Shown here piece by piece: positions 41,385 to 51,920 of a DNA stretch of 57,963 nucleotides. Each line of letters opens with the position of its first letter. Within the stretch, counting starts at the first letter, position 1. The DNA lies in contig CAMARI010000001.1 of assembly GCA_945860515.1 (NCBI GenBank), positions 1 to 57,963 of the forward strand, given 5' to 3'. Source of the DNA: Polaromonas sp. YR568 (GTDB taxonomy: Bacteria > Pseudomonadota > Gammaproteobacteria > Burkholderiales > Burkholderiaceae_C). A model generated the notes under the pieces. The model did no database searches and was not told where the DNA came from. It saw only the letters and a list, made by a program, of their open reading frames with translations. Both the position numbers and the translations under genes were made by a program.

Positions 41385-42284
41385 ATGCCCGCTCTCATTT
41401 GTGGATCTTTGGCCTTTGACACCATCATGACCTTTGAAGGTCGCTTTGCCGAGCAGATATTGCCGGAGCAACTGCATATTTTGAACGTGTCTTTTTTGGT
41501 ACCTAGCCTGCGCCGTGAATTCGGCGGCTGCGCTGGCAATATTGCTTATGCCCTCAAACAATTGGGCGGCACACCACTGCCCATGGCCACTATTGGCAAT
41601 GATGGAGTTGACTACGCCGCACGCATGAAGGCCATGGGTATCAGCACTGAGTTTGTCCGCGAAGTGGCGGACAACTACACCGCGCAGGCCATGATCATGA
41701 CCGACCGCGACAACAACCAGATCACGGCGTTTCACCCCGGCGCGATGGCGCAAGCGCATGTGACACAGATTACGGCTCGCAGCGATATCAAGCTGGGCAT
41801 CGTGTCTCCTGATGGGCGCGATGCCATGCTGCAACATGCTGAACAGTTCAAGACGGCAAACATTCCTTTTGTGTTTGACCCAGGGCAGGGCTTGCCCATG
41901 TTCAATGGTGAAGAGCTGGAGCGTTTCATTGACTTGGCCACTTGGGTCACCGTGAACGATTACGAAGCCAAGCTGCTGTGTGACCGCACCGGCTTGTCCT
42001 GCGCTGAGCTGTCCTATCGGGTCGAGGGCCTGATTGTCACCTTGGGTGCCGAGGGTTGCGAGGTGTGGGTCAAGGGTGAAAAAACACTGGTAGCACCGGT
42101 CAAAGCCACGGAGGTGGTGGACCCGACCGGTTGCGGTGATGCGTTTCGTGGTGCTTTGTTGTTTGGGCTGGAGCAAGGCTGGTCTCTGCTGCGTTGCGCA
42201 GATTTGGGCAACCGCGTGGGCGCGCACAAAATTGCCTATCGGGGCGGACAAAATTACACGCTGGAGTCGCTCAAAACAACCTGA
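41385..42284 (+). CDS. PfkB-family carbohydrate/nucleoside kinase (adenosine kinase-like)
   Basis: GSLAFDTIM, GGCAGNIAY, DPGQ, VDPTGCGDAFRG. Confidence 0.92.
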   Translation: MPALICGSLAFDTIMTFEGRFAEQILPEQLHILNVSFLVPSLRREFGGCAGNIAYALKQLGGTPLPMATIGNDGVDYAARMKAMGISTEFVREVADNYTAQAMIMTDRDNNQITAFHPGAMAQAHVTQITARSDIKLGIVSPDGRDAMLQHAEQFKTANIPFVFDPGQGLPMFNGEELERFIDLATWVTVNDYEAKLLCDRTGLSCAELSYRVEGLIVTLGAEGCEVWVKGEKTLVAPVKATEVVDPTGCGDAFRGALLFGLEQGWSLLRCADLGNRVGAHKIAYRGGQNYTLESLKTT

Positions 42285-42292
42285 GAAATGTA

Positions 42293-42348
42293 CCAAATTG
42301 GTCTCCAGACCAACGAATACATGCTTTAGCAGCTCAGACTTCAATCAT
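42293..42348 (-). repeat. Family-B short repeat, intergenic
   Basis: Reverse complement TGATTGAAGTCTGAGC-TGCTAAA-GCA-N9-TGGTC-TGGAGAC-CAATTTGG. Confidence 0.55.
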
Positions 42349-42382
42349 AAAAAAAACCCCGGCATCGAGGATGCGGGGCTTT
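42349..42382 (-). terminator. Intrinsic terminator downstream of the histone H1-like gene
   Basis: A-tract followed by the CCCCGGCATC-GAG-GATGCGGGG hairpin (U-tract on the minus strand). Confidence 0.7.
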
Positions 42383-42404
42383 CCAAGCAGAAGTACCTTA
42401 CTGC

Positions 42405-42830
42405 TTACGGCTTGCTGGCTGTTGGAAACGGCCAAGCAGCTTGCGGGTTCAGAGTTGTCTGAGCCGCAGGGGCAGCCGGTGCAGCGGGTGCTTTGGCAGC
42501 GGGTTTTTTCGCAGCTTTCTTGGCAGCGGGTTTTTTCGCGGCTTTCTTGGCAGCGGGTTTTTTCGCTACTTTTTTGGCTGCGGCTTTCTTCGCTGGTGCT
42601 TTTTTGGCAGCAGCTTTTTTAGCCGGTGCTTTTTTAGCTGCTACTTTTTTAGCTGCCACTTTTTTCGCTGGTGCTTTTTTGGCAGCGGCTTTTTTGGCCG
42701 GTGCTTTTTTAGCCACTACCTTTTTAGCCGGTGCTTTTTTGGCGGGCGCTTTTTTAGCGGCTACTTTTTTTGCAGGGGCTTTCTTCGCTGGTGCAGCTTT
42801 TTTAGCCGCAGGTTTTTTCGCAGTTGCCAT
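42405..42830 (-). CDS. Histone H1-like Lys/Ala/Pro-rich DNA-binding protein
   Basis: [11 protein letters not shown]... tandem PAKK/AAKK repeats ending [17 protein letters not shown]; SD GGAG. Confidence 0.9.
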   Translation of the reverse strand: MATAKKPAAKKAAPAKKAPAKKVAAKKAPAKKAPAKKVVAKKAPAKKAAAKKAPAKKVAAKKVAAKKAPAKKAAAKKAPAKKAAAKKVAKKPAAKKAAKKPAAKKAAKKPAAKAPAAPAAPAAQTTLNPQAAWPFPTASKP

Positions 42831-43038
42831 AGTTTTCTCCTTCTTACGTTGCAAAGAGCACTTCGCGTTTGGAGTACGCAAAGCGATTCGCGGCGTTGGG
42901 CCAGCGGATAACCGGGCCCAGCGCTGCGAACAGTGGAGCAATGCCCGGCACGCACTCTGCGGTGCGATTGTTGGTCATTGCAATTCTAAAAAGCATAGTG
43001 ATAAAACAAGTTCCTGATCGGGAAAGCAAATTAGAACG

Positions 43039-44268
43039 TCAATCCCACGACAGAGCGCCACCCGACTGGTACTCAATCACGCGTGTTTCAAAAAAGTTGC
43101 GCTCCTTCTTGAGGTCAATCATTTCACTCATCCAGGGGAACGGGTTTTCTTCGTGGGGGAACAAGGTCTCCAGACCAATCTGCGTTGCCCGGCGGTTGGC
43201 GATATAGCGCAAGTAGCCTTTGAACATCGAGGCATTCAGGCCCAGCACGCCACGCGGCATGGTGTCTTCAGCGTAACGATATTCAAGCTCAACGGCTTGC
43301 ATGAACAGTGCTTTGATCTCGGCTTTGAACTCGGCTGTCCACAAACCAGGGTTTTCAAGCTTGAGCTGATTGATCAAATCGATGCCAAAGTTGCAATGCA
43401 TGGACTCATCACGCAGGATGTACTGGTACTGCTCAGCAGCACCCGTCATTTTATTTTGGCGGCCAAGTGCCAAAATCTGCGTGAAGCCGACGTAAAAGAA
43501 CAGACCTTCCATCAGGCAGGCAAATACGATCAGGGACTTCAGAAGCGTCTGGTCAGCTTCATGAGTGCCGGTTTTGAAGTGCGGGTTAGAAATCACCTCA
43601 ATGAAAGGAATCAGGAATTGATCCTTGTCCTTGATGGACTGCACTTCGTTGTAGGCATTGAAGATTTCGGCTTCATCCAGACCCAGCGACTCGGTGATGT
43701 ACTGATAAGCGTGTGTGTGAATGGCCTCTTCAAAAGCCTGACGCAACAAAAACTGACGGCACTCTGGCGCGGTGATATGGCGGTATGTACCCAGCACAAT
43801 ATTGTTAGCAGCTAATGAGTCAGCGGTGACAAAAAAGCCTAAGTTACGTTTGACCAGACGACGCTCGTCTTCGGTCAGACCGTTCGGGTCTTTCCACAAG
43901 GCAATATCGCGCGTCATGTTGACTTCTTGCGGCATCCAGTGGTTAGCGCAAGTTGCCAAATATTTTTCCCAGGCCCATTTGTATTTAAACGGCACCAGTT
44001 GGTTGACATCGGTCTGGCCATTGATGATGCGCTTGTCTGAAGCCTTGACGCGTTTCATCACGGCAGGCACGGCAACAGTGGCTGTCAATGCTTCTGCGTT
44101 GGTGGGCGTGGCCGTGACCACTGCACCATCATTGAGAATGCGTGTAGAAGGCTGTTGCTCAATATGAGCGAAAGAAAGTTGGGGGAGCTCAATCGAGCGG
44201 CTGCCAGAGGCGCCGTTGGTCATCGATTTTTGCAGTGATGGTGTGACTTCTTCGTCCCAGGTCAACAT
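43039..44268 (-). CDS. nrdB: Ribonucleotide reductase class Ia beta subunit
   Basis: EEAIHTHAY (radical Tyr present), EGLFFY, RDESMH, NFFETRV. Confidence 0.96.
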   Translation of the reverse strand: MLTWDEEVTPSLQKSMTNGASGSRSIELPQLSFAHIEQQPSTRILNDGAVVTATPTNAEALTATVAVPAVMKRVKASDKRIINGQTDVNQLVPFKYKWAWEKYLATCANHWMPQEVNMTRDIALWKDPNGLTEDERRLVKRNLGFFVTADSLAANNIVLGTYRHITAPECRQFLLRQAFEEAIHTHAYQYITESLGLDEAEIFNAYNEVQSIKDKDQFLIPFIEVISNPHFKTGTHEADQTLLKSLIVFACLMEGLFFYVGFTQILALGRQNKMTGAAEQYQYILRDESMHCNFGIDLINQLKLENPGLWTAEFKAEIKALFMQAVELEYRYAEDTMPRGVLGLNASMFKGYLRYIANRRATQIGLETLFPHEENPFPWMSEMIDLKKERNFFETRVIEYQSGGALSWD

Positions 44269-44421
44269 AGATGTTTCCAATACTTCGTGATTATGAAAGC
44301 TGCGATACAAAATGAAAAGTGTTCATTCACATCGCTGCCAATTTGTGTTGCTCATTTACATCGTCAATGATTGATCGGCAATGATTTATTGAATAGCGTT
44401 ATCGTGCTCATTTAGTGATTT

Positions 44422-47358
44422 TTATTGGCAGGCCTCGCAACCAGGATCATCAATCGCACAGAACTTGATGTCAGTTGCCGGCGTTGCATCCATCTGAATC
44501 TGTGCAGCCGCCGCAGCTTTGTCTATTGCATTCATGCTACTCGCCGCAGTCACTGTGCTTGACGCAACCGAATTCATCTTGCCTGCCGTGACGGTTGATT
44601 TCTCAACGTGGGTGGCGCTTTGTGTGCGCAGGTAGTAGGTGGTCTTCAAGCCGCGCAACCATGCAAGTTTATAGGTTTCATCCAGTTTTTTGCCGGATGC
44701 GCCGGCCATGTAGATGTTCAGCGACTGGGCCTGGTCAATCCATTTCTGGCGACGTGACGCGGCTTCCACGATCCACGAGGTTTCGACTTCAAACGCGGTG
44801 GCATATAGCGCCTTGACGTCTTGCGGTACGCGGTCAATGGGGCGCAGTGACCCGTCAAAGTGTTTCAGGTCCACCACCATCACGTCGTCCCACAAGCCCA
44901 AGCGCTTCAGGTCACGCACCAAATAATGGTTGATGACGGTGAATTCACCTGACAGATTCGACTTGACAGACAGGTTTCCAAAGCAGGGTTCAATGCAGGC
45001 GTCCACACCAATGATGTTGGAGATCGTCGCCGTAGGCGCAATCGCCACGCAGTTTGAGTTGCGCATGCCGTCCAGTGCTATCTTATTGCGCAAGGCATCC
45101 CAGTCCAGCGTCGCGGAACGGTCAACTTCTACATATCCGCCACGTTCTTCAAGCAGCATGTCCAGAGTATCAAGCGGCAAGATCCCTTTGTCCCACAGCG
45201 AGCCCTTGTAACTGGCGTACTTGCCGCGCTCTTTGGCGAGTTCGGTCGATGCCCAGTAGGCGTGATAGCACACGGCCTCCATCGATTTGTCGGCAAATTC
45301 AACCGCTGCTTGTGACGCGTAAGGCACGCGCAGCTCATACAGGCAATCTTGAAAGCCCATGATACCCAAACCCACTGGGCGATGGCGCATATTCGAGTCA
45401 CGCGCTTTTTTTACTGCGTAGTAATTGATGTCAATCACGTTGTCTAGCATGCGCATGGCGGTAGTGATGGTCTTTTGTAGCTTGTCGTGGTCCAGTACCT
45501 TGACACCATCGGACGATGTTTTCAGGTGCTGCGCAAGATTGACAGAGCCGAGGTTGCACACTGCCGTCTCGGTGTCGCTGGTGTTGAGCGTGATCTCGGT
45601 GCAAAGGTTGGACGAATGCACCACGCCAGTGTGCTGCTGAGGCGAGCGGACGTTGCAGGCGTCCTTGAAAGTGATCCAAGGATGGCCAGTTTCAAACAGC
45701 ATCGACAGCATCTTGCGCCACATATCGGTCGCTTGCAGTTTGCGAGCGGGTTTGATTTCGCCCCGCTCGGCCTTGGCTTCATAGGCGGTATAGATCTTTT
45801 CAAAGTCCTTGCCAAACTTGTCGTGCAGGTCAGGCGTGTCGCTTGGCGAGAACAGAGTCCAGCTGCCTTTTTCCATCACCCGGCGCATGAAGAGGTCAGG
45901 AATCCAGTTGGCGGTGTTCATGTCGTGCGTGCGGCGGCGGTCGTCGCCAGTGTTCTTGCGCAGTTCCAAAAACTCTTCAATGTCCAGATGCCATGTTTCC
46001 AGATAGGCGCACACAGCGCCCTTGCGCTTGCCGCCCTGGTTAACCGCAACAGCGGTGTCATTGACAACTTTCAGGAAGGGCACAACGCCCTGTGATTCGC
46101 CATTCGTGCCTTTGATATGAGCGCCCAAGGCGCGCACAGGCGTCCAGTCGTTGCCCAAGCCACCTGCAAATTTGGAGAGCAGCGCGTTTTCTTTGATTGC
46201 GTCGTAAATACCGCCCAGGTCATCAGCCACGGTGGTCAGGTAGCAAGATGACAGCTGTGAACGCAGCGTTCCGGCATTGAACAACGTTGGCGTGCTTGAC
46301 ATGAAGTCAAACGATGACAAAATTTCATAAAACTCAATCGCGCGTTCTTCGCGATTGATCTCATTAAGAGAAAGGCCCATGGCCACTCGCATGAAGAACG
46401 CTTGCGGAAGCTCAATGCGCTGTTTGCGCACGTGCAAAAAGTAGCGGTCAAACAGCGTTTGCAGGCCCAGGTAGTCAAACTGCAAATCACGCTCCGGCTT
46501 GAGCGCCTCGCCCAATCTGGCGAGGTCAAACTGCTGGAGCTTTTCGTCTAGCAATTCGTTTTGTACACCTTTAGCGATGAACTGGGGGAAATAGGCGGCA
46601 TAGCGTGTCTGCATTTCTTCATGCGCCACTTCTTCGCCAAGCACTTCACGTCGAATGGTGTGCATCAACAGGCGTGCCGTAGCGTAGGTATAGTCCGGGT
46701 CTTTTTCAATCAGCGTACGGGCTGCCAATATGGATGCTTTGTAGACCTCGTCAATCGGCACACCGTCATACAGGTTGCGCATGGTCTCGGACACGATGGG
46801 GTCCGGTTTGACATCGGCCCCCAAATTCGCGCAGGAGGCTTCAATCAGGGCTTGCAGTTTGCGAATGTCGAGCGCTACTTTCTTGCCGCCATCCATGACG
46901 TGAATTTGTGGTGCAGCCGGCGTTTGCGCCTGCGGCTGGCGCGCACGCTCCTGGGTGCGTTTTTCGCGGTAAAGAACATAGGCGCGTGCAATTTCGTGGT
47001 GTCCACCGCGCATCAGGCCCAGCTCGACCTGGTCCTGCACGTCTTCAATATGAAAGGTGCCGCCACCAGGGCGTGAACGCATCATGGCGCGCATGACGGC
47101 TTGAGTCAGCTCGTCCACCGTTTGGCGAACGCTGGCAGACGCAGCCCCCTGCGTGCCATGTACGGCCAGAAAAGCCTTCATCATCGCCACGGCGATTTTG
47201 TTTGGCTCAAACGGAACAACAGCGCCGTTGCGGCGGATGATCTGGTAATTGCTGAAGGGCTTACTTTGGGTGCCTGTGCTGGGCTCGTTGCCGCCGGTTG
47301 TGAAGGCCGGCATGATGGGACTGATGTGGCTGGTGTTTTGCGCTGTTTGCATGGGCAT
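44422..47358 (-). CDS. nrdA: Ribonucleotide reductase class Ia alpha subunit with two ATP cones
   Basis: IIRRNG ATP cone plus a second degenerate cone, TPTLFNAG, SSCYL, SNLCTEI, APTATIS, TTYYLR, C-terminal CEACQ. Confidence 0.97.
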   Translation of the reverse strand: MPMQTAQNTSHISPIMPAFTTGGNEPSTGTQSKPFSNYQIIRRNGAVVPFEPNKIAVAMMKAFLAVHGTQGAASASVRQTVDELTQAVMRAMMRSRPGGGTFHIEDVQDQVELGLMRGGHHEIARAYVLYREKRTQERARQPQAQTPAAPQIHVMDGGKKVALDIRKLQALIEASCANLGADVKPDPIVSETMRNLYDGVPIDEVYKASILAARTLIEKDPDYTYATARLLMHTIRREVLGEEVAHEEMQTRYAAYFPQFIAKGVQNELLDEKLQQFDLARLGEALKPERDLQFDYLGLQTLFDRYFLHVRKQRIELPQAFFMRVAMGLSLNEINREERAIEFYEILSSFDFMSSTPTLFNAGTLRSQLSSCYLTTVADDLGGIYDAIKENALLSKFAGGLGNDWTPVRALGAHIKGTNGESQGVVPFLKVVNDTAVAVNQGGKRKGAVCAYLETWHLDIEEFLELRKNTGDDRRRTHDMNTANWIPDLFMRRVMEKGSWTLFSPSDTPDLHDKFGKDFEKIYTAYEAKAERGEIKPARKLQATDMWRKMLSMLFETGHPWITFKDACNVRSPQQHTGVVHSSNLCTEITLNTSDTETAVCNLGSVNLAQHLKTSSDGVKVLDHDKLQKTITTAMRMLDNVIDINYYAVKKARDSNMRHRPVGLGIMGFQDCLYELRVPYASQAAVEFADKSMEAVCYHAYWASTELAKERGKYASYKGSLWDKGILPLDTLDMLLEERGGYVEVDRSATLDWDALRNKIALDGMRNSNCVAIAPTATISNIIGVDACIEPCFGNLSVKSNLSGEFTVINHYLVRDLKRLGLWDDVMVVDLKHFDGSLRPIDRVPQDVKALYATAFEVETSWIVEAASRRQKWIDQAQSLNIYMAGASGKKLDETYKLAWLRGLKTTYYLRTQSATHVEKSTVTAGKMNSVASSTVTAASSMNAIDKAAAAAQIQMDATPATDIKFCAIDDPGCEACQ

Positions 47359-47554
47359 CCTGTTGACTTGTTTTTAGGTTTCTTGGCGTTTCGTGTGCGT
47401 CAAACGTGATAAGAACTGGTTTCTGTCTAGCCTGCTTGGCTTGTGGCCATTGCTGCCCTTGTGGTGCCGCTGCAAAACAAAAATCATTGCTACTGCAGGT
47501 TGACTTCTGGTGACTGAAAAACCTCATTGGTTTATGAAAGACAAAATCGTTGGG

Positions 47555-47601
47555 ACACTATACCTAGGGTCTGGAAGGAATTCAAGCACTACATGTAGTG
47601 T
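47555..47601. promoter_or_regulatory. Tandem NrdR boxes upstream of nrdA
   Basis: ACACTATACCTAGGGT (47555-47570) and GCACTACATGTAGTGT (47586-47601), 31 bp apart; they match acaCwAtATaTwGtgt. Confidence 0.88.
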
Positions 47602-47779
47602 TTTGACCTGAATTCTCATTGAAACGGATGGTTACTTATTTGAGGCTTATCGGACTTGCTTTTGCTGCTGGCGGCTAGCGGTGGCAATGTCAACCGGCAA
47701 TCCTTGCGACATGGGCGAAGTCTGATCGAACGCACGTATCCATGCGGCAAGCCCGGCGTTTTGCGGAGCCAGGGCTTGG

Positions 47780-48385
47780 CTAGCTTGGATTTGGTTTTGG
47801 TTGGGGCATCACGGCCTGCGGCAACGCCATGTTACGTTGCAGCACAAGCCAGTCAAAACCGGGCCCTGGATCTTCCTTACGTCCTGGCGCAATATGCTCG
47901 TGTCCGGCGATATGTGCAATCGGATACTGCCGCATCAGTGCAGTGCATAGCACGCGCAGGGTTTCGTACTGAGGCTCTTCAAAGATGTTTCCTTCCAGTC
48001 CTTCCAGCTCAATACCCACCGAATCGTCATTGCAGTTACTGCGGCCCCGATAGCTCGACTGCCCGGCATGCCAGGCTCTATCGTCGCAGCTCACAAACTG
48101 CCACAGCTGACCCGTGCGGCTGATAAAAAAGTGCGCTGACACCTCCAAGCCGCGTATGCCCTGAAAGTAAGGATGCGCGTCCCAGTCGAGCTGGTTGGTG
48201 AACAGTCGCTGGACATTGCCATTGCCATAGTCGCCCGGTGGCAAACTGATGGAGTGAAGAACAATCAAGTCAACCAGCGCCTGATGGGGACGCGGCCCGA
48301 AGTTTGGCGATTCAAGATGCCTTGCATAGCGGTACCAGCCTCTTTGCCAGAGCGCTGCGGCGGGAGCGACTTCAGGCAAGATCAT
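47780..48385 (-). CDS. ampD: 1,6-anhydro-MurNAc-L-Ala amidase AmpD
   Basis: SPNFGPRP, LHSISLPPG, VSAHF, RAWHAG, GHEHIAPGRKEDPG; start approximate. Confidence 0.96.
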   Translation of the reverse strand: MILPEVAPAAALWQRGWYRYARHLESPNFGPRPHQALVDLIVLHSISLPPGDYGNGNVQRLFTNQLDWDAHPYFQGIRGLEVSAHFFISRTGQLWQFVSCDDRAWHAGQSSYRGRSNCNDDSVGIELEGLEGNIFEEPQYETLRVLCTALMRQYPIAHIAGHEHIAPGRKEDPGPGFDWLVLQRNMALPQAVMPQPKPNPS

Positions 48386-49916
48386 CGGCGTTGTCACTGT
48401 CCGTCTCCTGCGCATCGACATCGGGCATGGGGATGTTCAGGCGGGCGATGCGGTAACGGATCTGGCGCAGGCTCATGCCCAGTTTGCTGGCTGCTGCCGT
48501 GCGGTTGTAGCGGGTGTCCTGAAGCACACGGGACAAAATGTCGCGTTCCTGTGTGTCCAGATAGTCTTGCAGGTTGTCAGGCAGGCTGTCCTGCTGCCGC
48601 CTGTGCGCGTCCGGTGTGTAAAGCTGTGCATCGGCAAGGGGCTGGGCCGGCGCATCCAGAAGCAGTTCACCTGCGTCACTGAGTGCCACAGCACGGTGCA
48701 ATATGTTTTCAAGTTCGCGTACGTTACCGTTAAAAGGATGTGCCCGAAGTTGCCCAAGGACAGAAGTCGTCAGGGGTGGCATATTCATACCGGATTCCTT
48801 GCAGATTCTGGCCAGAAGCGACTCGCACAGCTCAGGCAGGTCTTCCAGTCGCTCGCGCAGCGGAGGGATATTGATCACGATCACATTGAGCCGATAGTAC
48901 AGGTCCTGGCGAAATCGCTTGGCTGCTACTTCTTCGCCGAGCTCCTTGTGAGAAGCGCTCAGTACGCGCACATCCACCATGTCTTCCTGCGACGAGCCCA
49001 GCGGCCTGACAACACGTTCCTGAATCGCCCGCAGTAGCTTGGACTGCATGATGAAAGGCAAGTCGCCAATCTCATCAAGAAACAGCGTACCTTCCTGCGC
49101 CGCCTGGAAATAACCGACGCGGTCTTGCGCAGAGCCGGTGTAGGCCCCTTTTCGGGCGCCAAAAAATTCAGCCTCTAGCAAATTTTCAGGAATAGCTCCG
49201 CAATTGACCGCGACAAACGGGCCGCTGGCGCGGTGACTGCAATCGTGTACCGCTCTAGCCACCAGTTCTTTGCCTGTGCCTGACTCGCCCTGAATCAGCA
49301 CGGGTGCCATGCTGCCTGCCACTTTGGCAATGCGGGCTTTGACGGCTTGCATGCTGGCAGAGTGCCCCACCAGCTTTTCAAGTGCCGATGGCACTGATGA
49401 CTGCTTGCGCTTGAGGGTGGCTTGCGCGCGCCTGGCTGTTGCTGGCCCGTTAGCTGCCGACTTGGCGCTTGTGGGTGCGGTATCCAGCGCCGGGGCTGAT
49501 GGCAAGGCCTGGGCGCTTTGAATGGCAGACGCCACCACGCTGCGAAACTGTTTCAGGTCTACCGGTTTGGTCAGGTAATCAAATGCGCCTGCTTTCAGAG
49601 CTTCAACGGCGTTTTCAGCGGACCCATGAGCCGTGATGACCACGCAGCGTTCAGCGCGCTGCTGGTCCACCATGTCGCGCAGCAACTCCAGTCCGAGGCC
49701 ATCAGGCAGCCGCATGTCCGTGATGACGGCATCAAAGGCGTTGTCTTGCAGAAACTGGCGTGCCTGGGCCAGGTCAGCTGCGGCTTCAACCCGGTAGCCC
49801 TCGCGCAGCAGTGTCAGCTCATACAGGGTGCGCAGGTCAGGCTCATCGTCAACCACCAAAATGTGAGCGGCTGGTGGCCGTGAAGCGCCGTTAGTCGGGT
49901 GGTCGTTTGCAGGCAT
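48372..49916 (-). CDS. pilR: Sigma54-dependent response regulator, PilR-like
   Basis: REC domain (VVDDEPDLR, TDMRLPDG), AAA+ (GESGTGKE, GAYTGS, FLDEIG) and Fis HTH; adjacent to a PilS-like kinase. Confidence 0.85.
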   Translation of the reverse strand: MPANDHPTNGASRPPAAHILVVDDEPDLRTLYELTLLREGYRVEAAADLAQARQFLQDNAFDAVITDMRLPDGLGLELLRDMVDQQRAERCVVITAHGSAENAVEALKAGAFDYLTKPVDLKQFRSVVASAIQSAQALPSAPALDTAPTSAKSAANGPATARRAQATLKRKQSSVPSALEKLVGHSASMQAVKARIAKVAGSMAPVLIQGESGTGKELVARAVHDCSHRASGPFVAVNCGAIPENLLEAEFFGARKGAYTGSAQDRVGYFQAAQEGTLFLDEIGDLPFIMQSKLLRAIQERVVRPLGSSQEDMVDVRVLSASHKELGEEVAAKRFRQDLYYRLNVIVINIPPLRERLEDLPELCESLLARICKESGMNMPPLTTSVLGQLRAHPFNGNVRELENILHRAVALSDAGELLLDAPAQPLADAQLYTPDAHRRQQDSLPDNLQDYLDTQERDILSRVLQDTRYNRTAAASKLGMSLRQIRYRIARLNIPMPDVDAQETDSDNADDLA

Positions 49917-49930
49917 GGCTGGTTGTGTTG

Positions 49931-51670
49931 TCAGGCAAACAGATCATCAAGGGCAGGGTGCGCTGGCGTGCTGCTGGGTCCGGTCAAGTTGAAGACTACA
50001 AAAAACTCATTGCCGTCTTTTTGGTGCCGTGATGTTCGCTGGTAGCCAATCAGCGCGTCGTATCGCTCGCACAGTTCCCTGCAAATGTACAGGCCCAAGC
50101 CGCTGGAGCGACTTTCGGACGTGAAAAATGGCTCAAACAAATGCGTCTGAACTGTTTTTTCGAGGGGGAGTCCATCGCTCCAGATCGACAGTCGGCTCTG
50201 GCCATTGACCAGCGTTTGCGTCGCAATTTCTATCGCATAACCTGTTGGGCTGGCATAGCGCAAGGCGTTGTCCAGCAGGTTAATCATCACACGGCGCAAA
50301 TGCTCTGGGTCAAATACAACACAGGCGTGCGGCGCCTGCAGCAATAGATGGGTACGGTTGCCCGCTTCGGTTTGCAGCGTCCAGTCTTCTGCAATGCGGG
50401 CGACCACCGCATCCAGCATCAGCAAGGTTCCGTGCTGTTTCTGGCAGGGTACCTGCACGCGCGAAATGTTCAACACGTCGTCTACGATTTTTGCCAGGCG
50501 CTTGGCGTTCTGGCGGACCATGGCCGTCAGTTGCCTGTGTGCTGGGTCCTGCAGGTCTTCCTCAAGCAATGCGTTGGCCTGCGAAATGGCGGCCAGCGGG
50601 TTTCTGATTTCATGCGCCACAGCTGCCGACATGCGGCCCATCGCGGCCATTTTTTCAACCCGCACGCGCGCCTCGATTTCGCGCAGGTCTTCAAGAAACA
50701 CCACGCACAGGGCGTCCTCGGCACGCCCATGTGTTGCTGCAAGGCGCGTTCGCACGCGAAGGTGATGCGTATTTTGTCCAGCATCGTTCAGGCCGATATT
50801 TGCCTGCTGTGGCACCTGTTTCACAAATGTCTGACGGGTGATTTCAACCAACGGCTGCCATGCTGCCTGAGTTGCCAGAACAAAAGGTGCCCGCCGCGTC
50901 TTGGAACCTGTTGCCAGCAAGCGCTGCGCTGCCGGGTTGGTAGATCGCACGATGCCGAAGGCATCAATCACCAGCACGCCGTCTGTCAAGTTTTCAATCA
51001 CCAGTGCGTTGACCTGGGTTTGCACGCGCGCCACTTGCCGGCTGGTTTTTGCCAACTGCACCTCCCGGGCCAGACGCAAGGCCAACTGGTTAGCCAGCAA
51101 TGCCACTGCAAAAAAGCCCGAACCGCTCAAACCTGATTGCAAAAATCTGGCGGCTGCGTCGCCTGGCAGATGCAGCAGCGATGCCCACCACGCCTCTGCC
51201 AACAGCAGCAACGTGACGCTGGCTGCCGTGCCAAGTGCCAGCGAGATGGGGCCAAGAATGGATGCCAGCAACACCGGCAACGCAAACAGCGGCGTGTAGT
51301 TGATGCCGCTGGACTGCAAAAGATTAAGGGCAGTGAACGTGGCGACATCAACGCCCACCGTGAGCACCCACTGCGTATCAAAGGTGCTGCCGGGTGGCTT
51401 GGGTCGTGCCAGCAGGCGCGTCACTATCGTGGCACACAGATAAACAGCACACACCCCAATGCACCAGCCATTGTTGACGTTGCCCAACGCATAAATAAAG
51501 GCTTGTAATATCACCAGGACGCTGGCAATCGTGATGCGCACCGTCATGAAGGCGCGCCACAACCGGCCAAATGCGTTTTGTCGGGGTTCTACGCCCGAGA
51601 TGCTGGGGAGATTGTCAAGATCGCCCAGCCACAAATCCGGCGGGTCACTGAAAGACTTTGCGGTCTGCAT
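49931..51670 (-). CDS. pilS: Sensor histidine kinase, PilS-like
   Basis: Multi-TM N-terminus, PAS-like region, H-box AHEIRNPL, NLLDNA, FEPFFT, GLGL. Confidence 0.85.
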   Translation of the reverse strand: MQTAKSFSDPPDLWLGDLDNLPSISGVEPRQNAFGRLWRAFMTVRITIASVLVILQAFIYALGNVNNGWCIGVCAVYLCATIVTRLLARPKPPGSTFDTQWVLTVGVDVATFTALNLLQSSGINYTPLFALPVLLASILGPISLALGTAASVTLLLLAEAWWASLLHLPGDAAARFLQSGLSGSGFFAVALLANQLALRLAREVQLAKTSRQVARVQTQVNALVIENLTDGVLVIDAFGIVRSTNPAAQRLLATGSKTRRAPFVLATQAAWQPLVEITRQTFVKQVPQQANIGLNDAGQNTHHLRVRTRLAATHGRAEDALCVVFLEDLREIEARVRVEKMAAMGRMSAAVAHEIRNPLAAISQANALLEEDLQDPAHRQLTAMVRQNAKRLAKIVDDVLNISRVQVPCQKQHGTLLMLDAVVARIAEDWTLQTEAGNRTHLLLQAPHACVVFDPEHLRRVMINLLDNALRYASPTGYAIEIATQTLVNGQSRLSIWSDGLPLEKTVQTHLFEPFFTSESRSSGLGLYICRELCERYDALIGYQRTSRHQKDGNEFFVVFNLTGPSSTPAHPALDDLFA

Positions 51671-51688
51671 CAACCGAATCCGCGCGCT

Positions 51689-51913
51689 TTAATGGTCTTC
51701 CTGCTGCCTGTGCGCAGCGGAGCAGTACAGGCCGTGCTTGCCTGCCACTGCCTCTGTACGCGGCAGGTGAACGCTGCAGACTGCACAGGCCACCACTTCT
51801 GTGCTTTTGGCAACCTGCGCGCGGGTGGCCGGTGGGTTGGCCATCTTTTTCCGGCTGCTGCGCCAGAGCCAGATGACACCCAGCACCAGGCCAAAAATCA
51901 GGGCGTACTTCAT
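51689..51913 (-). CDS. PP0621-family small membrane protein with a Cys/His cluster
   Basis: TM plus VACAVCSVHLP...YCSAAH; typical neighbour of pilS and ypjD. Confidence 0.85.
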   Translation of the reverse strand: MKYALIFGLVLGVIWLWRSSRKKMANPPATRAQVAKSTEVVACAVCSVHLPRTEAVAGKHGLYCSAAHRQQEDH

Positions 51914-51920
51914 GGATGGG

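Noticed and set aside
42490-42820. 15-bp tandem-like repeats resembling an array, with long + strand ORFs
   Set aside because: These encode the PAKK/AAKK repeats of the histone H1-like protein. There are no unique spacers, so this is not CRISPR, and the + strand ORFs are antisense shadows.
43039-44268. Possible class Ic (Mn/Fe) RNR beta subunit
   Set aside because: The radical Tyr (EEAIHTHAY) and the Asp first ligand (TADS) are present, so it is class Ia.
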